NCBI GenBank assembly: GCA_965248575.1
Contig: CBDFJQ010000002.1
Location: 1,344,001-1,408,000, forward strand
From: Planctomycetota bacterium
GTDB lineage: Bacteria > Planctomycetota > B15-G4
Reading direction: 5' to 3'
Length of the DNA: 64,000 bases
Below the pieces are notes generated by a model that was given only the letters and a program-made list of their open reading frames with translations, ran no database searches and was not told the DNA's origin. A program made the translations under genes and the position numbers. Below, in pieces: positions 35,507 through 44,773 of this stretch (position 1 is its first letter; each line of letters starts with the position of its first letter).

Positions 35507-36658
35507 ATGCGCTTCGGCACCACCGCCATCCACGCAGGCCAAACCCCGGATCCGACAACGGGGGCGATCATGACCCCCATCTTCTGCACATCGACCTATG
35601 TGCAGGAGTATCCGGCGGTGGTGAAGGACGGCTACGACTACTCCAGGGGCAAGAATCCGACCCGCACGGCCCTTGAGGACAACCTGGCCGGGCTCGAGGG
35701 AGCCCAGCACGGGGTCGCCTTCTCGAGTGGTTTGGCCGCCATCCACGCCGTCATGACCTCTGTCGTCGGCACAGGTGAGCGGGTCATCTGCGGAAACGAC
35801 CTGTATGGGGGGACCCTGCGCCTTCTGCGCCGGATCTTCGAGCCCCAAGGCATCCAGCTGGATGTGGTGGACACCAGTGATGTGCAAGCCATGGCGGCAG
35901 CCCTGGCCAGCGGCCCCACCAAGTTGGTCTGGTTGGAGACCCCCACCAATCCCCTGCTCCGCATCACTGACCTGAAGGCAGTCGCTGCGATGGCCCACGA
36001 GGCCGGAGCCCTGGTGGCATGCGACAACACCTTTGCCACCCCCTACCTCCAAAGTCCCTTGGAGCTAGGCTGCGACTTCGCCATGCACAGTGCCACCAAG
36101 TACCTCGGTGGGCACAGCGACGTGATCGGTGGCGCCGTCATGCTCAACAGCGACGAGTTCGCCGAGAAGCTCCACTTCGTGCAGATGGCGGTTGGGGCCG
36201 TCCCCGGTCCGATGGATTGCTTCCTCTTGCTGCGCGGCATCAAGACCCTGCACGTGCGGATGCAGCGCCATTGCGAGAACGCGCGCGCGATCGCCGGCAT
36301 GCTCGACGCGCATCCCCGCGTCCGCAAGGTCTACTACCCAGGCCTCAGCACACACGCCGGCCACGGGTTGGCCAGCGAGCAGATGCGAGACTTCGGCGGC
36401 ATGATCTCCTTCGTCCTGGATGGTTCGGTCGAGGACGGCATGAAGTTCACCAGCAAGACCAAGCTGTTCGCCTTGGCTGAGAGCCTGGGCGGAGTCGAAT
36501 CGCTCATCGAGCACCCGCCGTCCATGACCCACGCCTCGATCCCCGCTGAAGAACGTCGAGCGTCTGGCCTGGATGACGGGCTGATCCGCCTCTCGGTCGG
36601 CATCGAGGACATCGAGGATCTCAAGGCTGACCTCGATCAGGCCTTCGACCAGGTCTGA
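35507..36658 (+). CDS. Cystathionine gamma-lyase/gamma-synthase family PLP enzyme
   Basis: YSRGKNPTR, WLETPTNP, DNTFATP, PLP lysine HSATKYLGGHSD, AESLGGVESL; RBS GAGGAG before ATG 35507. Confidence 0.93.
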   Translation: MRFGTTAIHAGQTPDPTTGAIMTPIFCTSTYVQEYPAVVKDGYDYSRGKNPTRTALEDNLAGLEGAQHGVAFSSGLAAIHAVMTSVVGTGERVICGNDLYGGTLRLLRRIFEPQGIQLDVVDTSDVQAMAAALASGPTKLVWLETPTNPLLRITDLKAVAAMAHEAGALVACDNTFATPYLQSPLELGCDFAMHSATKYLGGHSDVIGGAVMLNSDEFAEKLHFVQMAVGAVPGPMDCFLLLRGIKTLHVRMQRHCENARAIAGMLDAHPRVRKVYYPGLSTHAGHGLASEQMRDFGGMISFVLDGSVEDGMKFTSKTKLFALAESLGGVESLIEHPPSMTHASIPAEERRASGLDDGLIRLSVGIEDIEDLKADLDQAFDQV

Positions 36659-36706
36659 GACAAGCTGCTTGTGTCAGGCCTCGGGCAACGCCCTCAATCG
36701 GTGACC

Positions 36707-37093
36707 CTATGGCTTGCCTGATTCCGAGCTGGAGTCGGAGACATCGGTCGGCGGCGGCGCCGGAACGCGCTCGCGCATCACGCGACCCACCTTGAACTTG
36801 ACGACGCGCTTCGGCGGCACGTCCACCTTCTCGAGCGTGCGCGGGTTCTGCGCCCGTCGAGCTCGTCGGGTGCGCACCTCGAAGACCCCGAAGTCGCGGA
36901 ATTCCAAGCGATTCCCGCGGCTGAGATCCGCAACGATCTCATCCAGGAACATCTGGATGATCGTCTTCGTGACCACCTTGGTCTCCCCGGTCCGCTCGGC
37001 AATACGATTCACGAGGTCCTTCTTCGTGATCGTGATACCGCCAGGGACCAGCTCCCCACCAGCCGACGCAGAAGATTCAGGAGTGGAATCCAA
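36707..37093 (-). CDS. HU/IHF family DNA-binding protein
   Basis: ITKKDLVNRIA, LEFRDFGVFEV, ARRAQNPRT, VKFKVG; TTG start with AAGGAG RBS. Confidence 0.92.
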   Translation of the reverse strand: MDSTPESSASAGGELVPGGITITKKDLVNRIAERTGETKVVTKTIIQMFLDEIVADLSRGNRLEFRDFGVFEVRTRRARRAQNPRTLEKVDVPPKRVVKFKVGRVMRERVPAPPPTDVSDSSSESGKP

Positions 37094-37222
37094 GAGGCTC
37101 CTTCATGGTTCCCCGAACGAAACGACCCGAGCAGGCATGCACGGTGTTCGAGCGTCTGACGCGATCAAATCCCGGCGCACCAAGCCCGCGCTCACGAGCG
37201 CAAAGCGGTCTGATGCGCGCTC

Positions 37223-37250
37223 ACTCTAACAGTGTTCAAACCCTTGTCAA
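37223..37250 (-). promoter_or_regulatory. Putative sigma70 promoter of the HU/IHF gene
   Basis: Minus strand TTGACA-N16-TAGAGT with a TG extended -10. Confidence 0.6.
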
Positions 37251-37258
37251 GAAAGCGG

Positions 37259-37732
37259 TTAGGACCCTGACTCCGCGCCGTGCTGGAAGCCTGGCCGCGA
37301 GTCCAGGTGCAAGGTGAACGGCCCGTCGTTGCACAGCGAGAGCTGCATCATTGCGCCGAAGCGTCCCTGAGCGACCGGAACCCCGCGCGACTGGAGCTCC
37401 CTCTCAAACGCCGCCAACAGTTCCTGGGCCCGCTCTGGAGACGCGGCCTTCGTGAAGCCCGGCCTCCGTCCTTTCCTCCACTCAGCTGCCAGGGTGAATT
37501 GCGACACGACGAGAGCCGCCCCACCCACATCCATCAGTGACCGCTGGCTGCGCCCATCCTCATCCGGGAAGACGCGCAGGTCGACGATCTTGTTGGCCAA
37601 CCAGAGCACCTCTTCGCGTGTGTCTCCTTGGACGGCGCACACGAGAAGGCACAGCCCGGGACCGATCTCACCCACGACCTCATCGCCCACGCGCACCGCG
37701 GCTTCGCGCACCCGTTGAGCGACGACGATCAT
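37259..37732 (-). CDS. dtd: D-aminoacyl-tRNA deacylase
   Basis: QRVREA, VSQFTL, KGRRPGF, GRFGAMM, NDGPFT. Confidence 0.95.
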   Translation of the reverse strand: MIVVAQRVREAAVRVGDEVVGEIGPGLCLLVCAVQGDTREEVLWLANKIVDLRVFPDEDGRSQRSLMDVGGAALVVSQFTLAAEWRKGRRPGFTKAASPERAQELLAAFERELQSRGVPVAQGRFGAMMQLSLCNDGPFTLHLDSRPGFQHGAESGS

Positions 37733-38736
37733 GGAGCGCGCATCGCCCGACTCGCTCCGGCCATCCCCACGGCTTCCCGGGCCGCCCCCACCACCTCCGC
37801 CGCCACGGAACGCGCGCGGCCGGCGGCTGTCACCAGCACGTCCTCCACGAAGTCGGGATCCGCTTCCAGCGCAGCCCTCCGCTCGCGCGCTGCACTGAAG
37901 GTGGCATCGATGGCTGCAAGCAGTTCCTTCTTGGCGTCCCCATAGCCGTAGCCCCCCGCCCGCAGACGCTTCGCCATGCTCTCCGTCTCCTCAGCTGAGG
38001 CCACGAGCTTGTAGAGCTGCCACACCGTGCAGGCCTCGGGGTCCTTCACATCGTCGACGCCGAGACTGTCCGTGACGACAGACATGACCGACTTCTTGAG
38101 GGGCTTCCCCGTGGCGAAGATTCCGATGGTGTTGCCGTAGCTCTTGGACATCTTCTGTCCATCCGACCCAGGCACGACCGCCCCCGATTCGGACAGCCGC
38201 CCTTCGGGGCGCCGGAACACCTCGCATTTGTAGGCGGCATGAAAAGCCTCCGCCATGTCCTGGGTCATCTCGATGTGCTGGATCTGGTCCTTGCCCACCG
38301 GCACCACGTCCGAGTGGTAGGCCAGGATGTCCGCAGCCATGAGCACGGGATACAGGAACAGCCCTGCCCGGGGCCGGATCCCCTTGGCCACCTTGTCCTT
38401 GTACGAGGTCGCTCGCTCGAGCAGCCCCATCCCCGTCACCGTGGACAGGAGCCACGTCAGCTCGCAGACCTCCGGCACATCCGACTGCCGGAACAGGAGC
38501 GCCTTGGCGGGGTCCAGGCCCAGAGCCAGGTAGTCCAGGGCCACGTCCTTCACGGCGACGGCAAAGGCCGCACGATCCTGGAAGGTGGTGAGGGCGTGAT
38601 AGTCGGCAATGAAATAGAAGCCGTCTCCCTGGTCCTGCAGCGAGATGTGCTGCTGGATCGCCCCGAAGTAGTTGCCGAGGTGCAGCTTCCCGCTGGGCTG
38701 GATGCCGGACAGGATGCGGGTGGTGTTGGCGGGCAC
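37729..38736 (-). CDS. trpS: Tryptophan--tRNA ligase
   Basis: SGIQPSGKLHLGNY, YPVLMAADIL, VPVGKDQ, KMSKS; GTG start at 38736. Confidence 0.96.
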   Translation of the reverse strand: MPANTTRILSGIQPSGKLHLGNYFGAIQQHISLQDQGDGFYFIADYHALTTFQDRAAFAVAVKDVALDYLALGLDPAKALLFRQSDVPEVCELTWLLSTVTGMGLLERATSYKDKVAKGIRPRAGLFLYPVLMAADILAYHSDVVPVGKDQIQHIEMTQDMAEAFHAAYKCEVFRRPEGRLSESGAVVPGSDGQKMSKSYGNTIGIFATGKPLKKSVMSVVTDSLGVDDVKDPEACTVWQLYKLVASAEETESMAKRLRAGGYGYGDAKKELLAAIDATFSAARERRAALEADPDFVEDVLVTAAGRARSVAAEVVGAAREAVGMAGASRAMRAP

Positions 38737-38920
38737 GAGGCTCTCCGGCCAGGGAGGAAACACGGACGAATCGGCGAGGAAACCGTGGGGAAATCCTCAG
38801 GGCTGTCCAGCGGCGCGGAGCCGTCGGGCAGTGCCGACCTAGAACGGTACACCTCGTAGAATCGAAGTCTCAAGACACGAAGCGCTTGAGACCGGCGCTC
38901 CGCCTTGGGACGGTTGTCCC

Positions 38921-40417
38921 GTGCGGACCGGGAGACATCGACAATTCTGGTGGCACCCGGCTGGCGCGGGTGCCCTTTTCATGCTCTTGCTGGGCGGGTG
39001 TTCTTCCCTGCCTGAGCTGGACTGGAATCCGCTCATCCGCATCGAGCACACGCCGGATGGATCCGTCGAGATCGAGGCCCTGGGCCCGCTGATCGACATC
39101 CGTGAGGGCCCCGAAGGGACCTCCCACGCCCTGCGCCCGCTCTACCAGCACAAGGCCAACTTCGGCAAGCCGATCACCGATTTCCTGGCGCCCTTCGGCC
39201 GGCGCTTCGTCACGGCCGACGCGACCCGCTGGCGCTTCTGGCCCCTCGTCTGGTCGGGTGAAACGCGCGACAGTCCCGAAGGTGCCGAGTGGGATGCGGT
39301 CCTGCTGCCCCTGATCTTCACCGGCGGCGGCCCGCGCCAGGGCGATGGCTACTTTGCCCTCTTCCCGTTGGGCGGGCGCATTCGCAACATCTTCGGCCTC
39401 GAGACCTTCGATTTCTTCCTCTGGCCCTTCTTCATGCGCACGCGCATGGACATCGACGAGCAATCCACCTCGTGGACGGTCTTGCTGGGCGGCGGCTGGA
39501 CCACCGGCGGCCCCCGCGACGACAGCTGGCGGGCCCTGCCCTTCTACCGGCACCGCATCGTGCGCCATGTCGACGGGACCCTGCGCACCGATCAACGCAG
39601 CGCGCTCTGGCCCATCTTCACTTGGGGGCTGGACCACGGCGACAGCGCCGACCCTTCCATGCGCTTTTCCGCCTGGCCGCTGTTCGGCCGCGAAGCGGGG
39701 GAGAGCTGGTCTCGAACCACCGTGCTGTGGCCCTTCTTCCGCGTGAACCGCGAGACAGAAGAGGCCGGCGGTGACTACCTCTACGACCTTCCGTGGCCGC
39801 TGGTACGCGTCTCCAAGGACGAGAAGAAGTCGGTCACGCGCGTCTTCCCCTTCTACAGCCACCAGGTGAGTGAGGACTTGGACTCCCTCACGCTGCTCTA
39901 CCTGTATTGGGACCGGGCCAGCACCGGCCGGACCTCCGACGAGGGCTGGCCGCCGCGGAACTACGAACGCCAGGACACCTACCTGTTTCCCTTCTGGCAC
40001 AACTCTCACCGCACCGTGTCCGGGCGCGAGGGGGCCGACGTCCAACATCAACTTTGGCCGCTCTTTCACCGCGACGCCGACGCACGCGGACGTCGGGATG
40101 CCGCCTTCCTTTCCCTGGTACCGACGCGTCACTTCGAATTCCTGCGCCCCGTCGACGAGCTCTACTCGTTCTTGTGGACCCTCTGGCGTTCGCGCTCGGA
40201 CGGCACCAGCCACGAGACGCGCTTCCTCTTCGACACGGTTCTTTATCGCGAGTCCCCGGAAGGTCTCAGAATCTCGGTTCCCTTCCTCTATTCTCGGCGC
40301 CCAGACTCCGCAGGCCTCGACAAGCACCAGATCCTCTGGGGCCTGCTGGGCGCGGGAACGGACGCAGACGGTCTAGCCGAACTCAGCTTGGCGGGGTGGA
40401 CGCTTTGGGCACGCTAA
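38921..40417 (+). CDS. Hypothetical lipoprotein with repeated (W/F)P(F/L) aromatic motifs
   Basis: 498 aa; lipobox LLGGC; about 15 motif copies; 3' end overlaps mlaE. Confidence 0.75.
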   Translation: MRTGRHRQFWWHPAGAGALFMLLLGGCSSLPELDWNPLIRIEHTPDGSVEIEALGPLIDIREGPEGTSHALRPLYQHKANFGKPITDFLAPFGRRFVTADATRWRFWPLVWSGETRDSPEGAEWDAVLLPLIFTGGGPRQGDGYFALFPLGGRIRNIFGLETFDFFLWPFFMRTRMDIDEQSTSWTVLLGGGWTTGGPRDDSWRALPFYRHRIVRHVDGTLRTDQRSALWPIFTWGLDHGDSADPSMRFSAWPLFGREAGESWSRTTVLWPFFRVNRETEEAGGDYLYDLPWPLVRVSKDEKKSVTRVFPFYSHQVSEDLDSLTLLYLYWDRASTGRTSDEGWPPRNYERQDTYLFPFWHNSHRTVSGREGADVQHQLWPLFHRDADARGRRDAAFLSLVPTRHFEFLRPVDELYSFLWTLWRSRSDGTSHETRFLFDTVLYRESPEGLRISVPFLYSRRPDSAGLDKHQILWGLLGAGTDADGLAELSLAGWTLWAR

Positions 40418-41217
40418 AGACAACTCTCGAGTCTCGCGGCCGCGCGATTCGGGAGACGGTCACCGAAGCGGGCTTCGCCGTCACGATCCTGCTGCGCAGT
40501 GCCCAGCGCATCGTGCCCGACCTGCGGCACCGCTCGCGCTTCACCCTGGACCAGCTGGCGGTCTGTGGCATCTCGCCCCTGCCCGTGGTCTGCGTCGTGG
40601 GTCTCTTCACCGGCATGCTGCTCGCGCTGCAGGTCGGCATGGAGCTCTCGAAGGTCGGTCAGTCGGAAGCCATCGCCAACATGCTCGGCGTGATCCTGTT
40701 CCGCGAGATGGGCCCCTTCATGACGTCCATGATCCTCACGGCCAGCGTCGGCAGCGCCATGGCGGCCGAGATCGGGACCATGCGCGTCTCCGAGGAGATC
40801 GACGCGCTGGAGTGCATGTCCGTCGACCCCATCTCCTTCCTGGTCATGCCGCGCATCATCGCCATGGCCATCATGACGCCCATCCTCACCTTCATCGGCT
40901 GCATCCTGGGCTGCATCGGCGGCGGCATCGTGGCCAAGACGCAGCTGTCCGTCTCCGCCTCCGTCTACCTGCGCAACCTGCTCAGCTCGCTCGAGGCGGA
41001 GCCCAACAGCCTGGGCCCGTTCCCCGAGGAGATCTACACGGGGCTGATCAAGTCCGTGGTCTTCGGCGTGCTCGTAGCGACCATCAGCTGTGCGGCCGGA
41101 CTCAAGGCAAGCGGTGGCGCCATCGGAGTGGGCCGCTGTGTCCGCACCGCCGTCGTGCGCTGCTTCCTGATGCTGATCATCATCGGCTACTACATCTCCT
41201 GGATGTTCTTCAAGTGA
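40396..41217 (+). CDS. mlaE: MlaE-family ABC transporter permease
   Basis: REMGP, GSAMAAEIGTMRVSEEIDALE, LVMPR, GVGR; start uncertain (GTG 40396). Confidence 0.92.
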   Translation: MDALGTLKTTLESRGRAIRETVTEAGFAVTILLRSAQRIVPDLRHRSRFTLDQLAVCGISPLPVVCVVGLFTGMLLALQVGMELSKVGQSEAIANMLGVILFREMGPFMTSMILTASVGSAMAAEIGTMRVSEEIDALECMSVDPISFLVMPRIIAMAIMTPILTFIGCILGCIGGGIVAKTQLSVSASVYLRNLLSSLEAEPNSLGPFPEEIYTGLIKSVVFGVLVATISCAAGLKASGGAIGVGRCVRTAVVRCFLMLIIIGYYISWMFFK

Positions 41218-41966
41218 TCCAACTCGAGAACGTTCACAAGTCCTTTGGCGATCTGCACATCTTGCGCGGCGTCGACCTCACCCTCGAAAGTGGCGAGACG
41301 CTCGTGGTCCTGGGCCTCTCGGGCACGGGCAAGAGCGTCACCTTGAAGCACATGGTGGGCTTGCTGAAACCCGATTCGGGGCGCATCACCGTGGACGGCG
41401 TGGACGTACCCACCGCGAACGGTGAGCAGCTGCGGGATATCCGCCGCAAGGTCGCCTACCTCTTCCAGACGGGTGCGCTCGTGAACTGGATGAGCGTCCG
41501 CGACAACGTGTCCCTGCCGCTGGTTGAGAAGCGCTCGCTGCCCCCTGGCGAGATCCGTGAGCGCGTAGACGAATCGCTGCAGTCGCTCGACATGTTGGAG
41601 GCGGCCGAGCGCATGCCGGCCGAGATCTCCGGCGGCATGCGCAAGCGAGCGGCCCTGGCCAGGGTGCTCGTCGCCCAACCCAAGGCCATCCTCTACGACG
41701 AACCCACCGCGGGCCTCGACCCCATCATGGCGCGCACCGTGGGCCACCTCATCCGGGACGTCCAATCGTCCGGTGATCGCACCGCCATGGTGGTCACGCA
41801 CGACCTCGAACTCGCCTTCGCGGTCGCCACCCGCATCGGGCTCCACTTCGAGGGCCAGCTCATCGAGCTCGCGCCCCCGGACGAATTCAAGCAGAGCAGT
41901 CACCCCATCATCCGCGCCTTCCTCGACGGCAGCACCACCGTCGAGGGGGAGGGACTCAAGAAGTGA
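41214..41966 (+). CDS. mlaF: MlaF-family ABC ATPase
   Basis: Walker A GLSGTGKS, signature ISGGMRKR, LYDEPTAGLDP, VTHD; GTGA overlap with mlaE. Confidence 0.92.
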   Translation: MIQLENVHKSFGDLHILRGVDLTLESGETLVVLGLSGTGKSVTLKHMVGLLKPDSGRITVDGVDVPTANGEQLRDIRRKVAYLFQTGALVNWMSVRDNVSLPLVEKRSLPPGEIRERVDESLQSLDMLEAAERMPAEISGGMRKRAALARVLVAQPKAILYDEPTAGLDPIMARTVGHLIRDVQSSGDRTAMVVTHDLELAFAVATRIGLHFEGQLIELAPPDEFKQSSHPIIRAFLDGSTTVEGEGLKK

Positions 41967-43177
41967 AGAACCGCAACAACGACGCAATCCTGGGCATCGT
42001 GTTCTTTGGCGCCTTGATCGGCCTGGGCGTCATGACGATCGTGCTCTCAGACTTTGCCCTCGGCGCGGAGACCTTCCGCGTGAAGGTCTACGCCACCGAC
42101 ATCGGCTACCTGCGAGCAGGCGACCCTATCCTTCTGCATGGCATGGCCGCCGGCAAGGTGGAGGAGATCAACCGGCTCCCGCAGCCGCTGCTCATCGCCG
42201 AGCCCCACGACTCCAGCGGCGCGAGCCCAGGCGAGGCCAACTGCACGGTGGAGGTTCAGCTGAAGATGGAGGTGGACCCCTATCTCTACCTGCGCCAGGA
42301 CTACGACATCCTGATCGAGGACCTGGGCCTGCTGGGCGGCAAGATGGTGCGCATGGTCGTGGGGAGAGCAGACGTCTTCATCCCCAAAGGCCAACAGCTC
42401 TACGCCTTGGCCCCCCCGTCGGCCGTCCAGGCTGCCAGCGAGATCCTCGAAGAGAACCGGGCCGACATCCGGGACGCCATCGCCCAGATCAACGAGTTTG
42501 CCGAGAAGGCGAACCGGGGTGAGGGCACCCTGGGCCTGCTCATGAATGACGCCGAGACGCGGGCGCGCATCGAGGGCATCATCGACGACATCACCACGGT
42601 GGGCGATAGCCTGACCAACGGCGAGGGGACCATGGGCAAGCTGCTCAACGACAGCGCACCCTTCGACGACTTGAAGGTGGCCATGGCCGATGCTCGCAGC
42701 TTCACTGACCGCATCCGCAAGGGTGAAGGCACCGTGGGCAAGATGATCCAGGACGACACCATCTACGAGGACATCCGTTCGCTGACAGAAGAGGCGCGGA
42801 CAGGGCTCTCAGGCATCTGGGATGGCGAAGGAACCCTGGGCAAGCTGATCAACGACGACGCCCTCTACGCACAGGCCGAAGAGTTCATGGCGGATCTGCT
42901 CGAGATTGCCGAGAAGGTCTCCGACGGCGAGGGCACGCTCGGCCGTCTGCTCAATGACGCCCAGCTCTACGATGACGTGGTGGCCTTCGTGAACGATGCG
43001 AGGGTCGTGTTCAGCGATCTGCGCGATGGCAAGGGGCTTGTGGCCGCGCTCATCAACGACGAAGAGCTACTCGACGACTTCCGCTCCATCCTGAGCCAGG
43101 TGCTTGGGGCCATCGAGGACGCCCGGGAAACGACGCCCGTCACCAGCCTCGGATCCTTCCTGTTCGGCACCTTCTAG
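41963..43177 (+). CDS. mlaD: MlaD/MCE-domain protein with long repetitive helical C-terminus
   Basis: N-terminal TM; MCE-like GYLRAGDPILLHGM...GKV, GLLGGK; GTGA overlap with mlaF. Confidence 0.85.
   Translation: MKNRNNDAILGIVFFGALIGLGVMTIVLSDFALGAETFRVKVYATDIGYLRAGDPILLHGMAAGKVEEINRLPQPLLIAEPHDSSGASPGEANCTVEVQLKMEVDPYLYLRQDYDILIEDLGLLGGKMVRMVVGRADVFIPKGQQLYALAPPSAVQAASEILEENRADIRDAIAQINEFAEKANRGEGTLGLLMNDAETRARIEGIIDDITTVGDSLTNGEGTMGKLLNDSAPFDDLKVAMADARSFTDRIRKGEGTVGKMIQDDTIYEDIRSLTEEARTGLSGIWDGEGTLGKLINDDALYAQAEEFMADLLEIAEKVSDGEGTLGRLLNDAQLYDDVVAFVNDARVVFSDLRDGKGLVAALINDEELLDDFRSILSQVLGAIEDARETTPVTSLGSFLFGTF
42518..43060 (+). repeat. Six intragenic repeats at exact 102-nt (34-aa) spacing, core G(E/K)GT(L/M/V)G(K/R/L)L(L/I)ND
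   Basis: Cores start at 42518, 42620, 42722, 42824, 42926 and 43028. Confidence 0.9.
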
Positions 43178-43181
43178 CCGG

Positions 43182-44606
43182 TCAGGCCTCGCCAGCGGTG
43201 GACAGCAAGCCGATGTAGCGTCGGAAACGCTGCAGCAGCAATTGCGGCCGGCGCAGCTCGCGCATGATGCGCGAGGGGCGCATGTAGAAGCTCCGGTAGG
43301 CCCGGCGGATGGCTGCGGACACCTGCTCGCTGCTCATGACCTTGGCCACACCCACAGGCGTGGTGCCCGTGAACTTGTCGAAGTCGAACTCGTCCTCCTG
43401 CTCGGCCCGGCTCTCCTTGTAGAGCTTTGTGTCCGGGTACGGCGTCACCACCGTGAACTGGACGGTGTCGGGGTCGAGGTAGATCGCCAGGTCGATGGTC
43501 TCACGTGCCATCGCCGGGGTCTCCTCCGGGAAGCCGATCATGAAGAAGCCGCGCGTGGCAATGCCATGCTTCTTACAGGACTCCATGACGACCTTGGCGT
43601 GCTCGTGGCTCTTGATCTTGCCGCGGCTGTACTTCTTCTGCAGCCCTTCGTTGCCGGCCTCGATGCCGAAGGAGACCGAGACGCAGCCGCCGCGCGCCAT
43701 GGCGGCGATGAGCTCGTCGTCCATGGTCTTGATGGCCGTCTCACACTGCCAGAGCACGCCGAGCTTTGCCTGTTCCAGCATGGCGCTCAGCTCGATGACG
43801 CGGTCGCGGTCGTAGGCAAACAAGGGGTCCCGGAACACGATGTTGGTCACACCTTGCTCGTGAACGATTTGTTTCAGCTCGTCGAACACATTGACGGCTG
43901 ATCGGCCACGCCACGGAATGCCCTGCGCAACCACGTACCCGCAGTACGTGCAGTTGATGGGGCAACCCCGGGAGGACTGCACCGTCTGGATGGGCCCCTC
44001 CATCGTGGGGATGCGGTACGGCTCCACGGGCAACAGTGCGCGCGAAGGGAAGGGCAAGGCATCCAAGGCGTCACCGCGCAACAGCGGGCGGTCCGGGTTG
44101 CTGCTGGCCCCGCTCCCACGACGCACCGTCAGGCCATCCACGGCCAGGGGGTCCTCCCCCGCCTCAAGAGCCTTGAGCATCTGCTCAATGGTCAGCTCCG
44201 GCTCGCCGCGCACCACCGCGTCCACCTGCGAACCCGCCATGGCCAGGTCCGGCACCTTGCTGCCCTGGCTGCCCGTGATGCAGACCACGCTGTCCGGGGA
44301 CACCTCTTTGATGCGATCGACCAACGCCAGATCCAGCGAGATGGTCGCGCTGGACGTCGCCAGGACCACCAACGGCGAGGGGTGGGCCGCCAGTGCCTCC
44401 AGCACCACGCTGTCGTCCGATCCGTCCGCCTCGGCGTCCACGACGCTGGCCTGGTGACCCGCCCGCTCCACGATGGCCGCCACGTAGAGCAGGTCCAGGG
44501 GCGGATAACAGAGCCCTTCACCCACGACCATGCCAAAACCGCCCATGAGCCCTCGGCTCACGCGCTGACTAGGAGGTGGTGGTGGATTGACGAGCAAGAC
44601 GTGCAT
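43182..44606 (-). CDS. Cobalamin-binding radical SAM protein
   Basis: N-terminal B12-binding-like region (YPPLDLLYVAA...VVRGEPE); SRGCPINCTYC; FGIEAG; FMIGFPEET. Confidence 0.9.
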   Translation of the reverse strand: MHVLLVNPPPPPSQRVSRGLMGGFGMVVGEGLCYPPLDLLYVAAIVERAGHQASVVDAEADGSDDSVVLEALAAHPSPLVVLATSSATISLDLALVDRIKEVSPDSVVCITGSQGSKVPDLAMAGSQVDAVVRGEPELTIEQMLKALEAGEDPLAVDGLTVRRGSGASSNPDRPLLRGDALDALPFPSRALLPVEPYRIPTMEGPIQTVQSSRGCPINCTYCGYVVAQGIPWRGRSAVNVFDELKQIVHEQGVTNIVFRDPLFAYDRDRVIELSAMLEQAKLGVLWQCETAIKTMDDELIAAMARGGCVSVSFGIEAGNEGLQKKYSRGKIKSHEHAKVVMESCKKHGIATRGFFMIGFPEETPAMARETIDLAIYLDPDTVQFTVVTPYPDTKLYKESRAEQEDEFDFDKFTGTTPVGVAKVMSSEQVSAAIRRAYRSFYMRPSRIMRELRRPQLLLQRFRRYIGLLSTAGEA

Positions 44607-44692
44607 GGGGCGGCGTGGATCCTATCAGGCTGCTCGCCAGAGTCGACGAGAGGCCTTCTTTCGCGCGTTTTCACCACCCAACTTGAGGCATC

Positions 44693-44717
44693 TAAGTGCG
44701 TTGATATCAAAGGCTTA
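44693..44717. promoter_or_regulatory. IHF-consensus site within an imperfect palindrome in a divergent promoter region
   Basis: TATCAAAGGCTTA at 44705-44717 matches WATCAANNNNTTR; context TAAG-TGCG-TTGATATCAA-AGG-CTTA. Confidence 0.45.
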
Positions 44718-44773
44718 ACCAAAGTCATCCAGAAGCACGTCCGAAGAAAGGTGTTCGAAACTTCATTGTCACT

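Noticed and set aside
39907..40395. Apparent long N-terminal extensions on MlaE, and likewise on MlaF, rpoA, rpsH, rpsC, the deacetylase, the methyltransferase and GT4 60750
   Set aside because: The ORF caller extended to the furthest start. The extensions overlap upstream genes and are low-complexity, and internal starts with stop/start overlaps fit better.
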